From contig CAZJBD010000003.1 in the NCBI GenBank assembly GCA_964544265.1, positions 1 through 62,935 on the forward strand: a DNA stretch of 62,935 bases, given 5' to 3'. A model generated the notes under the pieces. That model saw only the letters and a list, made by a program, of their open reading frames with translations, had not been told where the DNA came from and did no database searches. Position numbers and translations under genes: made by a program. Below are positions 9,577 to 17,897 of the stretch, in pieces (the first letter of the stretch is position 1; each line of letters begins with the position of its first letter). This DNA is from an uncultured Eubacteriales bacterium (GTDB taxonomy: Bacteria > Acidobacteriota > Aminicenantia > Aminicenantales > Saccharicenantaceae).

Positions 9577-11046
9577 ATGATCCAGACCAGAAGACCCAAA
9601 GTCGAGCTCCTGAGCGCGGAGTTTATTGAGAAAATCGTCGACGAGGCCTGCCTCCTCCTGGAAAAACAGGGCATCTTTGTTGAGAACCACGAGGCCTTGG
9701 AGCTGCTGGCGGCGGCTGGGATGAAGGTCGACCGCTTGACCCAAAGGGTTCACTTGACTCGGCGGCTGGTCGAGTCCTGCCTCTCTAAGACGCCCTCGGT
9801 CATCAAGCTATATGACCGTTCTGGCTTAAAAGAATATGTCGTAGGCGGGGACGAGATCCACTTCGATCCGGGTTCGGCGGCCGTCTCCATACTGGACCAT
9901 AAGACGAATGCCGACCGCAAAGCCGACACCGGCGATTTGATCCGTCTCTACCGCCTCGTCGAGACCTTGGAAAACATCGACCTCCAGAGCACGGCCCTCA
10001 TCAGCGCCGACGTTCCCCACGCGATCGCGGACGCCTACCGTCTCTATCTGGGGCTTCTCTATTCGGCGAGGCCCTTCATAACGGGAACATTCCGGGTCGA
10101 AGGCTTCGCGGTTATGCGCGACATGCTGACGGCCGTCCGGGGAAGCTCCGACGAGCTTCGGAAAAAGCCGCTGGCCGTTTTCGATGCCTGCCCCTCCCCT
10201 CCCCTCAAGTGGAGTAACCTCACCGCTCAAAGCCTGATCGACGCGGCCCGGGCCGGCCAGCCGAGCGAGCTCATCTCCATGGGCCTTACGGGCGCCACCT
10301 CGCTCGTGACTCTTGCCGGCACGCTCGTCCAGCACGTGGCCGAGAACCTCTGCGGCATGGTCATCTGCCAGCTGGCCAAGCCGGGGGCTCCGGTCATCTT
10401 TGGCGGCTCGCCAGCCAGCTTTGATATGCGGAAGGGCACGACACCCATGGGGGCCATGGAAACGATGATGATCGATTCGGCCTATGCCCAAATCGCCAAG
10501 CGCCTCGGCATGCCGACCCACACTTATATGGGAATGAGCGACTCCAAGATCAACGATTCCCAGGCCGGGCTGGAAACGGGCATGGGCGCGGTCCTCGCGG
10601 CTCTATCGGGAATCAACGTCATCTCCGGACCCGGGATGCTTAATTTCGAAAGCACCCAGAGCCTGGAGAAGCTGGTCATCGACGATGAGATCTGCGGGAT
10701 GGCCCGCCGTCTCGTTCGCGGCATTGAACAAAGGGACGAGATCCTGGCTCTGGACAAATTCGAAGAGCTAACCGCGGGGGCGCAATTCCTTTCTCTGGCC
10801 CATACACGGAAGTGGTACAGGAAAGAACACCGCTTTCCCAAGATCATAGACAGGGATACGTATGAAGCCTGGGTTTTACTCGGACAAAAGTCTATGGAAG
10901 TCAGGGCCGCCGAAGAAGTCGAAAAAAGGTTGGCCGCGCCGGCAGGGGCACCCTTGGAAGCGAACAAGGCCGGCGAGCTCCGGAAGATCATGATGGGATA
11001 CGCCAAAGTCATGGGCGTCTCTTCACTCCCGGAGTCCGGGATTTGA
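9577..11046 (+). CDS. MttB-superfamily methyltransferase, non-pyrrolysine member (substrate:corrinoid methyltransferase, substrate unknown)
   Basis: Uninterrupted 489-aa ORF with trimethylamine-methyltransferase-family similarity along its whole length and GAGGAG upstream. No in-frame TAG. Confidence 0.85.
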   Translation: MIQTRRPKVELLSAEFIEKIVDEACLLLEKQGIFVENHEALELLAAAGMKVDRLTQRVHLTRRLVESCLSKTPSVIKLYDRSGLKEYVVGGDEIHFDPGSAAVSILDHKTNADRKADTGDLIRLYRLVETLENIDLQSTALISADVPHAIADAYRLYLGLLYSARPFITGTFRVEGFAVMRDMLTAVRGSSDELRKKPLAVFDACPSPPLKWSNLTAQSLIDAARAGQPSELISMGLTGATSLVTLAGTLVQHVAENLCGMVICQLAKPGAPVIFGGSPASFDMRKGTTPMGAMETMMIDSAYAQIAKRLGMPTHTYMGMSDSKINDSQAGLETGMGAVLAALSGINVISGPGMLNFESTQSLEKLVIDDEICGMARRLVRGIEQRDEILALDKFEELTAGAQFLSLAHTRKWYRKEHRFPKIIDRDTYEAWVLLGQKSMEVRAAEEVEKRLAAPAGAPLEANKAGELRKIMMGYAKVMGVSSLPESGI

Positions 11047-11663
11047 CGAGCGGCGATATGCCCCGGATGATGGGGGGCCCTCCTCAGATCGCGATCGCCT
11101 TCGAGGAACGAAGGATTCTCATCCGGCTGGGCTATCGAAAACCCGCCGGCGACATCGACCGGGGCATCAGGCTCATCGTCCATGAGGAGACCGAGAACGC
11201 AATAAGGCTCGTCCGGCCGCAGGTCTTAGCGGCCATCCTCGACTCCTCCGAGCTTCCTGACCACCCTATTTTCCGGAATGCCGAAATGGCGGCGCTTTGC
11301 CTTTGCACGATAGGTCCGGAACTTGAAGGGACCGTGGCCAGGTTGATGTCCGGGGGGGACATGCTCAGGGGCCTTATTCTCGACTGGCTGGGATCAGAGG
11401 CGGTGACCAGTGTTTCAAAACAGGCCGAGGCCTGGCTGAAGGAAGAAGGGGCATCCCTGGGATTTTGGCCGAGCAAGAGGTTTGCGCCTGGCTACAAAGG
11501 CTGGGATGTCTCCGGCCAGAAGCTCATTTTTTCCGTGCTCCCGGCCGCCAAGATAGGCGTTCGGCTCACGGAGTCCTTCATGATGGTCCCCAGGAAATCC
11601 TATTCTTTCCGGATCAACTATTTCAAAGACCAGGCGTTGGCGACCATGCGAAGGCCGGCCTGA
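11043..11663 (+). CDS. MetH activation-domain-like protein (vitamin B12-dependent methionine synthase activation region) as a separate polypeptide
   Basis: Family-like sequence (FAPGYKGWDVSGQKLIF, MMVPRKSYSF). TTG 11043 overlaps the mttB-like stop (TTGA), with GGAG 8 nt upstream. The alternative ATG at 11058 lacks a well-spaced SD. Confidence 0.7.
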   Translation: MTSGDMPRMMGGPPQIAIAFEERRILIRLGYRKPAGDIDRGIRLIVHEETENAIRLVRPQVLAAILDSSELPDHPIFRNAEMAALCLCTIGPELEGTVARLMSGGDMLRGLILDWLGSEAVTSVSKQAEAWLKEEGASLGFWPSKRFAPGYKGWDVSGQKLIFSVLPAAKIGVRLTESFMMVPRKSYSFRINYFKDQALATMRRPA

Positions 11664-11691
11664 GACGAATATCCGGCAGAGTCTTCCGCCT

Positions 11692-13092
11692 TCATGGGAG
11701 CTCAAATTCTTGCAGGTATTCCGGGACCTCGACATGCCAGCCCCGGTCCCGGCCGATCTCCGTTCCAAGCTTGAGGGAGATGTCTTTTTCGCCATGGGTT
11801 AGAAAGAGCGTATGAGGAGGCGATTCCAAGCCGTCGAGCCAGCGGGACAGCGCCTTCCGGTCGGCGTGGGCGGAAAATCCCAGGATCTTCTCGATGCGGG
11901 CCGCGACCGGCAGTTCTTGCCCGAGGATGCGGACGCGGCGGTTGCCCTCAAGGATTTGGCGGCCAAGAGTGTCTTTTGCCTGGAAACCAACGAAGAGGAT
12001 CGTTGACTCTGGCCTGGAGATGTTCCTGAGGAGGTGCTGCTTGATCCGCCCTCCCGTGCACATCCCCGAACCGGCCATGATGATACAAGAACCCTTGATC
12101 GCATTGATCGCCTTGGACTCGTCGATGGTCCGGATGAATTCGAGGCCCGGGAATTCAAAGGGCTTGTTGCCCTCACGAAAAAGCCCCAGGGTTTCTTCGT
12201 CCAGGCACTCGGGGTGGCGTTCAAAGACGTCCGTCACGTCTACGGCCATCGGGCTGTCGAGGAAGATGAGGATCGGAGGAAAGCATTTCTCGCGGCGAAG
12301 CCGGCCGAAGTGAAACATCAGCTCCTGAGCCCGCTCGATGGCGAAGGTGGGGATGATGACGTTGCCCCCGGCTCCGACCGCTCGGCCGGTAATGTTGCAG
12401 AGGAGCTTCTCTACGTCCTTCATGTCTTCGTGGTCATGGTCGCCATAAGTCGTTTCCATGACCACATAATCCACCCGTTTGAACACGGACGGGTCGCGGA
12501 TGATCGGCTTGTCCCATTGACCAATGTCTCCCGAAAAAACAATGGTCCTCTCTTGGCCGTTCTCCCGGGCCCGGACTTCGATCATGGACGAGCCCAGGAT
12601 GTGCCCGGCGTCATGGAAGGTAACCGAAACGCGATCATTGAGGGCCGCCGGCGCGTTGTATCCGATTTCCTCGACCAGGGGCAAGGCCCGCTGGGCATCC
12701 TCAGTCGTGTAAAGGGGAATCTCTTCGTAAGGCCCCCGGCGGCCTTCCTTTTCATGGCGCTTCTTCTTGAAGGCCGCGTCTTCCTCCTGGATCTTGGCGG
12801 AATCCAAAAGGACGATCGGCAGGAGGTCGGCCGTGGCGGGAGTCGTCAGGATCGCCCCCGCGAATCCTTGCCGGACGAGCCTGGGGATGAGGCCGCAGTG
12901 GTCGAGATGGGCATGGGTCAGAAGCAGGATGTCTATTTGATCCGGCGGGATCGGAAAGGGATTCCAATTCCTTTCCAAGAAGGAGCGTTCCTGGTAGAGG
13001 CCGCAGTCCACAAGTATGCTCAATCCACCGGCTGCCAGGGTGTAACAGGACCCCGTCACCTGTTGGGCCGCGCCGAGAAAACGGAGTTTCAT
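11692..13092 (-). CDS. MBL-fold beta-CASP ribonuclease (RNase J/CPSF-like)
   Basis: LTHAHLDHCG (HxHxDH), DCG and later beta-CASP motifs, 466 aa. The start overlaps the upstream stop by 1 nt. Confidence 0.85.
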   Translation of the reverse strand: MKLRFLGAAQQVTGSCYTLAAGGLSILVDCGLYQERSFLERNWNPFPIPPDQIDILLLTHAHLDHCGLIPRLVRQGFAGAILTTPATADLLPIVLLDSAKIQEEDAAFKKKRHEKEGRRGPYEEIPLYTTEDAQRALPLVEEIGYNAPAALNDRVSVTFHDAGHILGSSMIEVRARENGQERTIVFSGDIGQWDKPIIRDPSVFKRVDYVVMETTYGDHDHEDMKDVEKLLCNITGRAVGAGGNVIIPTFAIERAQELMFHFGRLRREKCFPPILIFLDSPMAVDVTDVFERHPECLDEETLGLFREGNKPFEFPGLEFIRTIDESKAINAIKGSCIIMAGSGMCTGGRIKQHLLRNISRPESTILFVGFQAKDTLGRQILEGNRRVRILGQELPVAARIEKILGFSAHADRKALSRWLDGLESPPHTLFLTHGEKDISLKLGTEIGRDRGWHVEVPEYLQEFELP

Positions 13093-13955
13093 CAGGGTTG
13101 GAATATCCTGTAAAGGTCGAGTTCCGTGGCGAAGAAAAGGATCTTGCTCGAGATCCGGGCCAATATATAGGCTTGGGCCAAGATGAATCCGAGCCCGAAG
13201 GCGACGATCCCCGTTCCCGGCAGGGCGTTCGTTACTCCGATGAAGACGGCGGTTACAGCGATGAACAGGAGGCCGACGAAGAGGTAAAGCCCCCAGGCCC
13301 TGAAAAACCTTCTCCCGACGAAGGACAGCGCAGCAGCAGCCGCCCGGAGGACTTTGCGGCCGTTCCGGGCCACGAGGTCAATCTTGATGTAATCGAAATA
13401 CATCTGAACGAGGGATAAGAGAAGAATGGTTATCAGGAATCTGAGATTGGACGCGACGATGACCGGCATTTCTCCCGCCGCGTTCTTGGCCCACAATTTG
13501 AAGGGGGCCGAGACGAGCCTAACCAGTCCGCCGAAGACCAGGACATAGACGGGAATGGAGAGCAGGAAGACCCTGAAAAACCGGCCGAAATACTTCCCGC
13601 AGTCGGCGAAGAATCCCTGAAGGGTCGTTTTTTCGCCACCTGCCAGGCGACCGATAATCCCTCCATTAAGAAAAATGGAGAGAAGGATGAAGATGAGCGC
13701 CGGGACCAGCAGCCAGCCCGCTAGGGCGGGAAGGAGGTTATGGTATCTATAGATACTATCTCCCAGCCAGATAAAATTCAGCCTTCCCAGGCCTTCGCCC
13801 GCCGGAGAGTGGCCGAAATCCTTGTTGATCAAAAAATAGACCGGCGCCGCTACGATGATTCCGAAGACAAAGTCGATAATCCAGAGCCAGAGGATCATTC
13901 CGGGGTTTCTGCGGACAGCGGATACGCCATTGCTGATGATCTTGAGATGACCCAT
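13092..13955 (-). CDS. Polytopic membrane protein, unknown function
   Basis: 287 aa with about 6 hydrophobic segments. GAAGGAGGA upstream of ATG 13955. No family recognised. Confidence 0.6.
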   Translation of the reverse strand: MGHLKIISNGVSAVRRNPGMILWLWIIDFVFGIIVAAPVYFLINKDFGHSPAGEGLGRLNFIWLGDSIYRYHNLLPALAGWLLVPALIFILLSIFLNGGIIGRLAGGEKTTLQGFFADCGKYFGRFFRVFLLSIPVYVLVFGGLVRLVSAPFKLWAKNAAGEMPVIVASNLRFLITILLLSLVQMYFDYIKIDLVARNGRKVLRAAAAALSFVGRRFFRAWGLYLFVGLLFIAVTAVFIGVTNALPGTGIVAFGLGFILAQAYILARISSKILFFATELDLYRIFQP

Positions 13956-13970
13956 GGTTTTCCTCCTTCG

Positions 13971-16088
13971 TCAGCTTACTGAGCCGGCTGCGAGAAGCAG
14001 GTTCTGGATAAGGAAGAGGAATTTAGCCGCGGCTCTGAAAACGCATTCCCTCTTGGCCTTGATTAAGAAGCCGTTGTTGGATTGATTGGAATCGATGAGC
14101 CAGATTCTATCCGGATCGATCTCTGCGAGTTTGGCCTTGACAGGTTTCTCGAACTTCAGCCTGGCCCACCTCCCCTGGCCGTCCCATTGACTGATCTCTT
14201 CGCTTCCGTCAGCGAAGACAACCCTGACTTTGAGCGGCGCCCCGATTCCGACCTTGGCCTCCCCGAAGCGGCGGAGGGTGACCGTGGTGACATAGATCTT
14301 ATTATCCCGGGAGGACTTTTCCTTTTTTTTGAGCTCGGCGGCCTTGCGAACCGTCATCACTTCCCGTTTGCCGTTGACCTCGAAAACACCCAGGGGGTGA
14401 ACGGGCTTCTCCACGGACCGGACCGATGCAACGCCATAGTCGAAGTTCAGGGTATTGAAGAAAAGCTCATTGAAAAACCAATTCATGTCCTGGCCGGAAA
14501 CCTCGTTGACAACGGCGATGAAATCTGCGGTCGTTGGATGCTTGAAACGGTAACCCATGTGGAACGTCCTCATGATTCGGGCCATGACGTCCGCGCCCAA
14601 AAGACCCTCCAGAGTGTTCAAACAGGTCGCCGCCCGCATGTAGACATTGGCTCCGTAGCTTCCTCCGTTATAGAACTCCCAGGAGGGCGTAACGACCGGA
14701 TCATACTCGGCGATATTGATTGCGGCTGCGCGGTCGGTTTCATAGTCATAATAAACCGGAAGCTTCAGGAGCCAGCCTAGAGGGATGCCCTTGAATGATG
14801 CGCCGAACTCTCCGCGACCATAGGCCTCGGCGAGGACTTTTCCGGTCGAATAGGTATTGATGCCCTCGTCGAGCCAGGCTTCCTCGAACTCGTTATTCGC
14901 GACCAGGCCGTACCAATAGCCATGGCCGAATTCGTGAATGATGACCCCTTCGGGCGACAGGACCTTCTGTCTCTTCAGTAGGGACGTCCCGGCCGTGAAT
15001 AGAGTCGGATATTCCATGCCGCCGCTTCCGGTCCGGAAGGGCGGATCGATCATGGTTATGGTCTCATAAGGATAAGGACCGTACCAGAGGCCATAGGACT
15101 TCAAAGCCGTCCTCAGGGCCTTGAAGTGGCGATCGATCTGGCTTCGGTGCTGTTTCTCGATGAGCAAGGTCATCTTGACGTCCGGAAGCTTGACCTCCTC
15201 CAGCGGAATGGCCAGCCGCCGGGCCGTCTCCTCGTATTCCTCGGGCGTCACTTCCTGGTTGCCTATGAATTCGCGCTCGACCTTGATGAATTCCGGGCTC
15301 GCCGTCCAGGCGAAGTCGTGAATGCGCGATTGCCCATAGGTATAGGTGGCCGTTTTTTTAGCTTTGTCCGGGACGGTTCCCTCGAGCTTCCCCGAGGACC
15401 CAACGACGAAGTTTTCAGGGACTGTGATATGGACGACAAAATCCGCGAAATCCGCAAAAAATTCCGCGTTCGCGTGGTACTCATGACAATTCCAGCCCTT
15501 CCCCTCCTCATACACGCCAGGTTTCGGGAACCACTGGGCGATAAAATAAGAATCCTTATAATAGCCGGTTCGCATGCCGCTCCGGGGCACTCTCGATTCG
15601 AACTCGCACCGGAGCCGGACCGTCGCCCCGGGCGCGATGGGCTCCGGGAACGTCACTCTCATAACGGTCTGGTCGCCGGGGTGGAGGGGCTCGTCCCGGG
15701 CTAGGAACTCGGCCGTTGGCTTGAGATCCCTGCCGTCTTCAAGGTCGATCTTCTTCACATCGACCCAACCCCACTCCCCTTCCTTCACCCGGGCCCGGAC
15801 TAAAAGGGATTCTTCCTTCGATTCCTCCAGGACCGTGCTGTTCTCGTTTTTAAAGGCATTGTAGTAGAGATGGAAAAGCATATCGGGGACGGCATCACGA
15901 GAGGTATTGGTCCAGGAAATCGCTTCCCGGCCGTGGAGCATTCTTTGGGCGTGGTCGAGTTCAACCCAGATTTCATAACGCAGCGGCGGCCCGTCTTGGC
16001 CTTCCGCCGGCAGAGACCAAAGATAGATGGAAAAGCCGCAACATAGGACGGCTGCGAGAAATAGAAAGATCGAAGCGAGCGTTTTCAT
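13971..16088 (-). CDS. M1 family metallopeptidase, secreted
   Basis: GGMEYP (GxMEN-like), HEFGHGYW (HExxH) and the third Zn ligand in WLDEGINTY at the canonical +19 spacing. Start at M17 (GGAGGGAAGG upstream) gives the signal peptide MKTLASIFLFLAAVLCCGF. Confidence 0.85.
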   Translation of the reverse strand: MKTLASIFLFLAAVLCCGFSIYLWSLPAEGQDGPPLRYEIWVELDHAQRMLHGREAISWTNTSRDAVPDMLFHLYYNAFKNENSTVLEESKEESLLVRARVKEGEWGWVDVKKIDLEDGRDLKPTAEFLARDEPLHPGDQTVMRVTFPEPIAPGATVRLRCEFESRVPRSGMRTGYYKDSYFIAQWFPKPGVYEEGKGWNCHEYHANAEFFADFADFVVHITVPENFVVGSSGKLEGTVPDKAKKTATYTYGQSRIHDFAWTASPEFIKVEREFIGNQEVTPEEYEETARRLAIPLEEVKLPDVKMTLLIEKQHRSQIDRHFKALRTALKSYGLWYGPYPYETITMIDPPFRTGSGGMEYPTLFTAGTSLLKRQKVLSPEGVIIHEFGHGYWYGLVANNEFEEAWLDEGINTYSTGKVLAEAYGRGEFGASFKGIPLGWLLKLPVYYDYETDRAAAINIAEYDPVVTPSWEFYNGGSYGANVYMRAATCLNTLEGLLGADVMARIMRTFHMGYRFKHPTTADFIAVVNEVSGQDMNWFFNELFFNTLNFDYGVASVRSVEKPVHPLGVFEVNGKREVMTVRKAAELKKKEKSSRDNKIYVTTVTLRRFGEAKVGIGAPLKVRVVFADGSEEISQWDGQGRWARLKFEKPVKAKLAEIDPDRIWLIDSNQSNNGFLIKAKRECVFRAAAKFLFLIQNLLLAAGSVS

Positions 16089-16158
16089 CCTTCCCTCCTG
16101 TGAACGAGCATTATAATAGAGATTACGAATCGTCACGGATAAAAGTTCTCTGGCTTGG

Positions 16159-16617
16159 TCAGCGAGTCCTCTCGACCCAGGCCTCCCAGCTAGAGAGGCG
16201 CGGGAAGTACATGAAGACGAGGACCAGGGAGACGGCGAGGAGGGCGTAGAAATCCTTATTCAGTCCGCCGATGAGAAAGAGGACGAGACCCAGGATTGCT
16301 GGAACCTCGCTGAGGCAGACCGTGAGGATGGAGGCCCGAAAGAGCTTCTGGACGGTCATCTTGACCGTGTCTCCGGGCGCGCGTTTGAGGAGGAGCGATT
16401 GGGCGAGCCGGATGATGAGGACCTCGAGGACGGCGAGGCCGTAGCAGACGTAGCGGAAGGTCGACATCTCCGGAAGAGGGGCAAAACCCCGGAAGGGCTT
16501 AAGCTGGGACCGCAGGACCTCGACGATGACAAGATAGACGAGAAGGCTGGCGATGACCGTTACACCGATCAGAGAAGCGGTTTTGAGGGTCCTCTTTAAT
16601 TCCTCGCGGTTCTCCAT
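16159..16617 (-). CDS. Small membrane protein, unknown function
   Basis: 152 aa with 4 predicted TM segments and GGAGGA upstream. Confidence 0.55.
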   Translation of the reverse strand: MENREELKRTLKTASLIGVTVIASLLVYLVIVEVLRSQLKPFRGFAPLPEMSTFRYVCYGLAVLEVLIIRLAQSLLLKRAPGDTVKMTVQKLFRASILTVCLSEVPAILGLVLFLIGGLNKDFYALLAVSLVLVFMYFPRLSSWEAWVERTR

Positions 16618-16670
16618 GACATCCTCCTTTCCCTGAACATGCGAGCCGATTATAGCATGAAAACTGCCTC

Positions 16671-17888
16671 TTACTTTTTCTTCAAAGAGACGCTTTTTGT
16701 GACCCGGGTGATAAGGAACGCTTTGACCTTTTCGTAAAAATCCTTGCCCCAGGTCCGTAGCCTGGCATTGAGCATGTTGTTATTGACTGTGGAGACGTCC
16801 AGGTATTTCCCCTCGCTGATGAGAAGCTCCCTGAGGGCCGTCCACTTCCCCTCATCCTCTTTTTTCATCGGAGCGCAGGTCTCTTCCTTTTCCGAGACGG
16901 TGAGCTGGAAGCCTTGGCCGTCGATCGTGCGGAGATCGTTTTTCTTCGCGAAGGCGAAGGCTGCCTCCTCAACCAGGGTCTCCTCGGCTTCGAGGTTTTC
17001 GATCTCGGTCTTGAGTTTTTTCTTTTTTTCTTCGAGCTCCGCATACTTGGCCACCAGGACGACGCCCTCGTCCTTCAAGTACTCATTTTTTGGAAGCTTC
17101 TTCATGGCCTCGGGATGCTTCCACTCCGGACAGATTTCTTGAAAGCCGCACCAATCGCAGAGGGCGCCCCTTTGGGGCGGGAAATCCACGCAGGCCTCGA
17201 TCTCCTTGACCTTGAGGATCATGCGCTTTTCGAGTTCGGCCAGCTTTTCTTGGGTCCGGTTTGATTCGATCTGCTTGTTGAAAAGAAGGTAATGCCAGAT
17301 GAGCTTGACATAATCGGCGTCTGGCCACAGGCTCCGGACGGCGATGTGGTAGAGGCCGAGCTGATCGTCCCCGTCCGCGTCCGCTTGGGTCAGCAAGCTC
17401 CCTGAAGTCTTGTAGTCGTGGATTTCATAGATCTTTTCCTTATCGTTCCAATCCAGCCGGTCGATGATCCCCCTGAAGACGATTTCGCCGCTCCCGTCCT
17501 TCAACGTGAAAGAGATATTTTTCTCTGTCGCGACGACCTTAGCCTGGTCAAAGGGCGCGTATTCCCCGTAGTAATCATTGAGGCCTTTGCGGCCCTTCCG
17601 GCGATAGTCGTCTTCGGTGTATTCGGCGTTAACGACCTTGATCTTGGGAATCAAGTTTTTATTCTTATCCCACAAATCGTCGTATCGGGCCAGGAGCCAC
17701 TCCCGTGGCTTGACGACGCCGTTCTTGACGAAGCCGTAAAGCTCCGCGAGGGCTTCGTGGGCTCGGCTGCCCATGAAGGCTTCGATGGTCTCCTTGTCGG
17801 CCTTGAGATGGTCCAGATACTGGTACTTATACCTGAGTCGGCAGTCCTCAAATGTCCCGATCCGGCTGATGGAATAGATCGTTCCCAT
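16671..17888 (-). CDS. PD-(D/E)XK nuclease with Cas4/AddB-type 4Fe-4S cysteine staple and C-terminal coiled-coil extension
   Basis: N-terminal Cys (FEDCRLRY), IIDRLD, EIHDYK (DxK), QLGLY (QxxxY) and C-terminal CDWCGFQEIC (C-x2-C-x5-C). GAGGAGG upstream. Confidence 0.75.
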   Translation of the reverse strand: MGTIYSISRIGTFEDCRLRYKYQYLDHLKADKETIEAFMGSRAHEALAELYGFVKNGVVKPREWLLARYDDLWDKNKNLIPKIKVVNAEYTEDDYRRKGRKGLNDYYGEYAPFDQAKVVATEKNISFTLKDGSGEIVFRGIIDRLDWNDKEKIYEIHDYKTSGSLLTQADADGDDQLGLYHIAVRSLWPDADYVKLIWHYLLFNKQIESNRTQEKLAELEKRMILKVKEIEACVDFPPQRGALCDWCGFQEICPEWKHPEAMKKLPKNEYLKDEGVVLVAKYAELEEKKKKLKTEIENLEAEETLVEEAAFAFAKKNDLRTIDGQGFQLTVSEKEETCAPMKKEDEGKWTALRELLISEGKYLDVSTVNNNMLNARLRTWGKDFYEKVKAFLITRVTKSVSLKKK

Positions 17889-17897
17889 TTCCCCTCC

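Noticed and set aside
9577-11046. Pyrrolysine (in-frame TAG) in the MttB homologue
   Set aside because: The ORF is continuous over the full family length with no internal stop, and the window has no pyl genes.
12034-13113. 359-aa plus-strand ORF
   Set aside because: It lies antisense to the beta-CASP RNase gene, which has unambiguous HxHxDH motifs. The ORF has no motifs or SD of its own.
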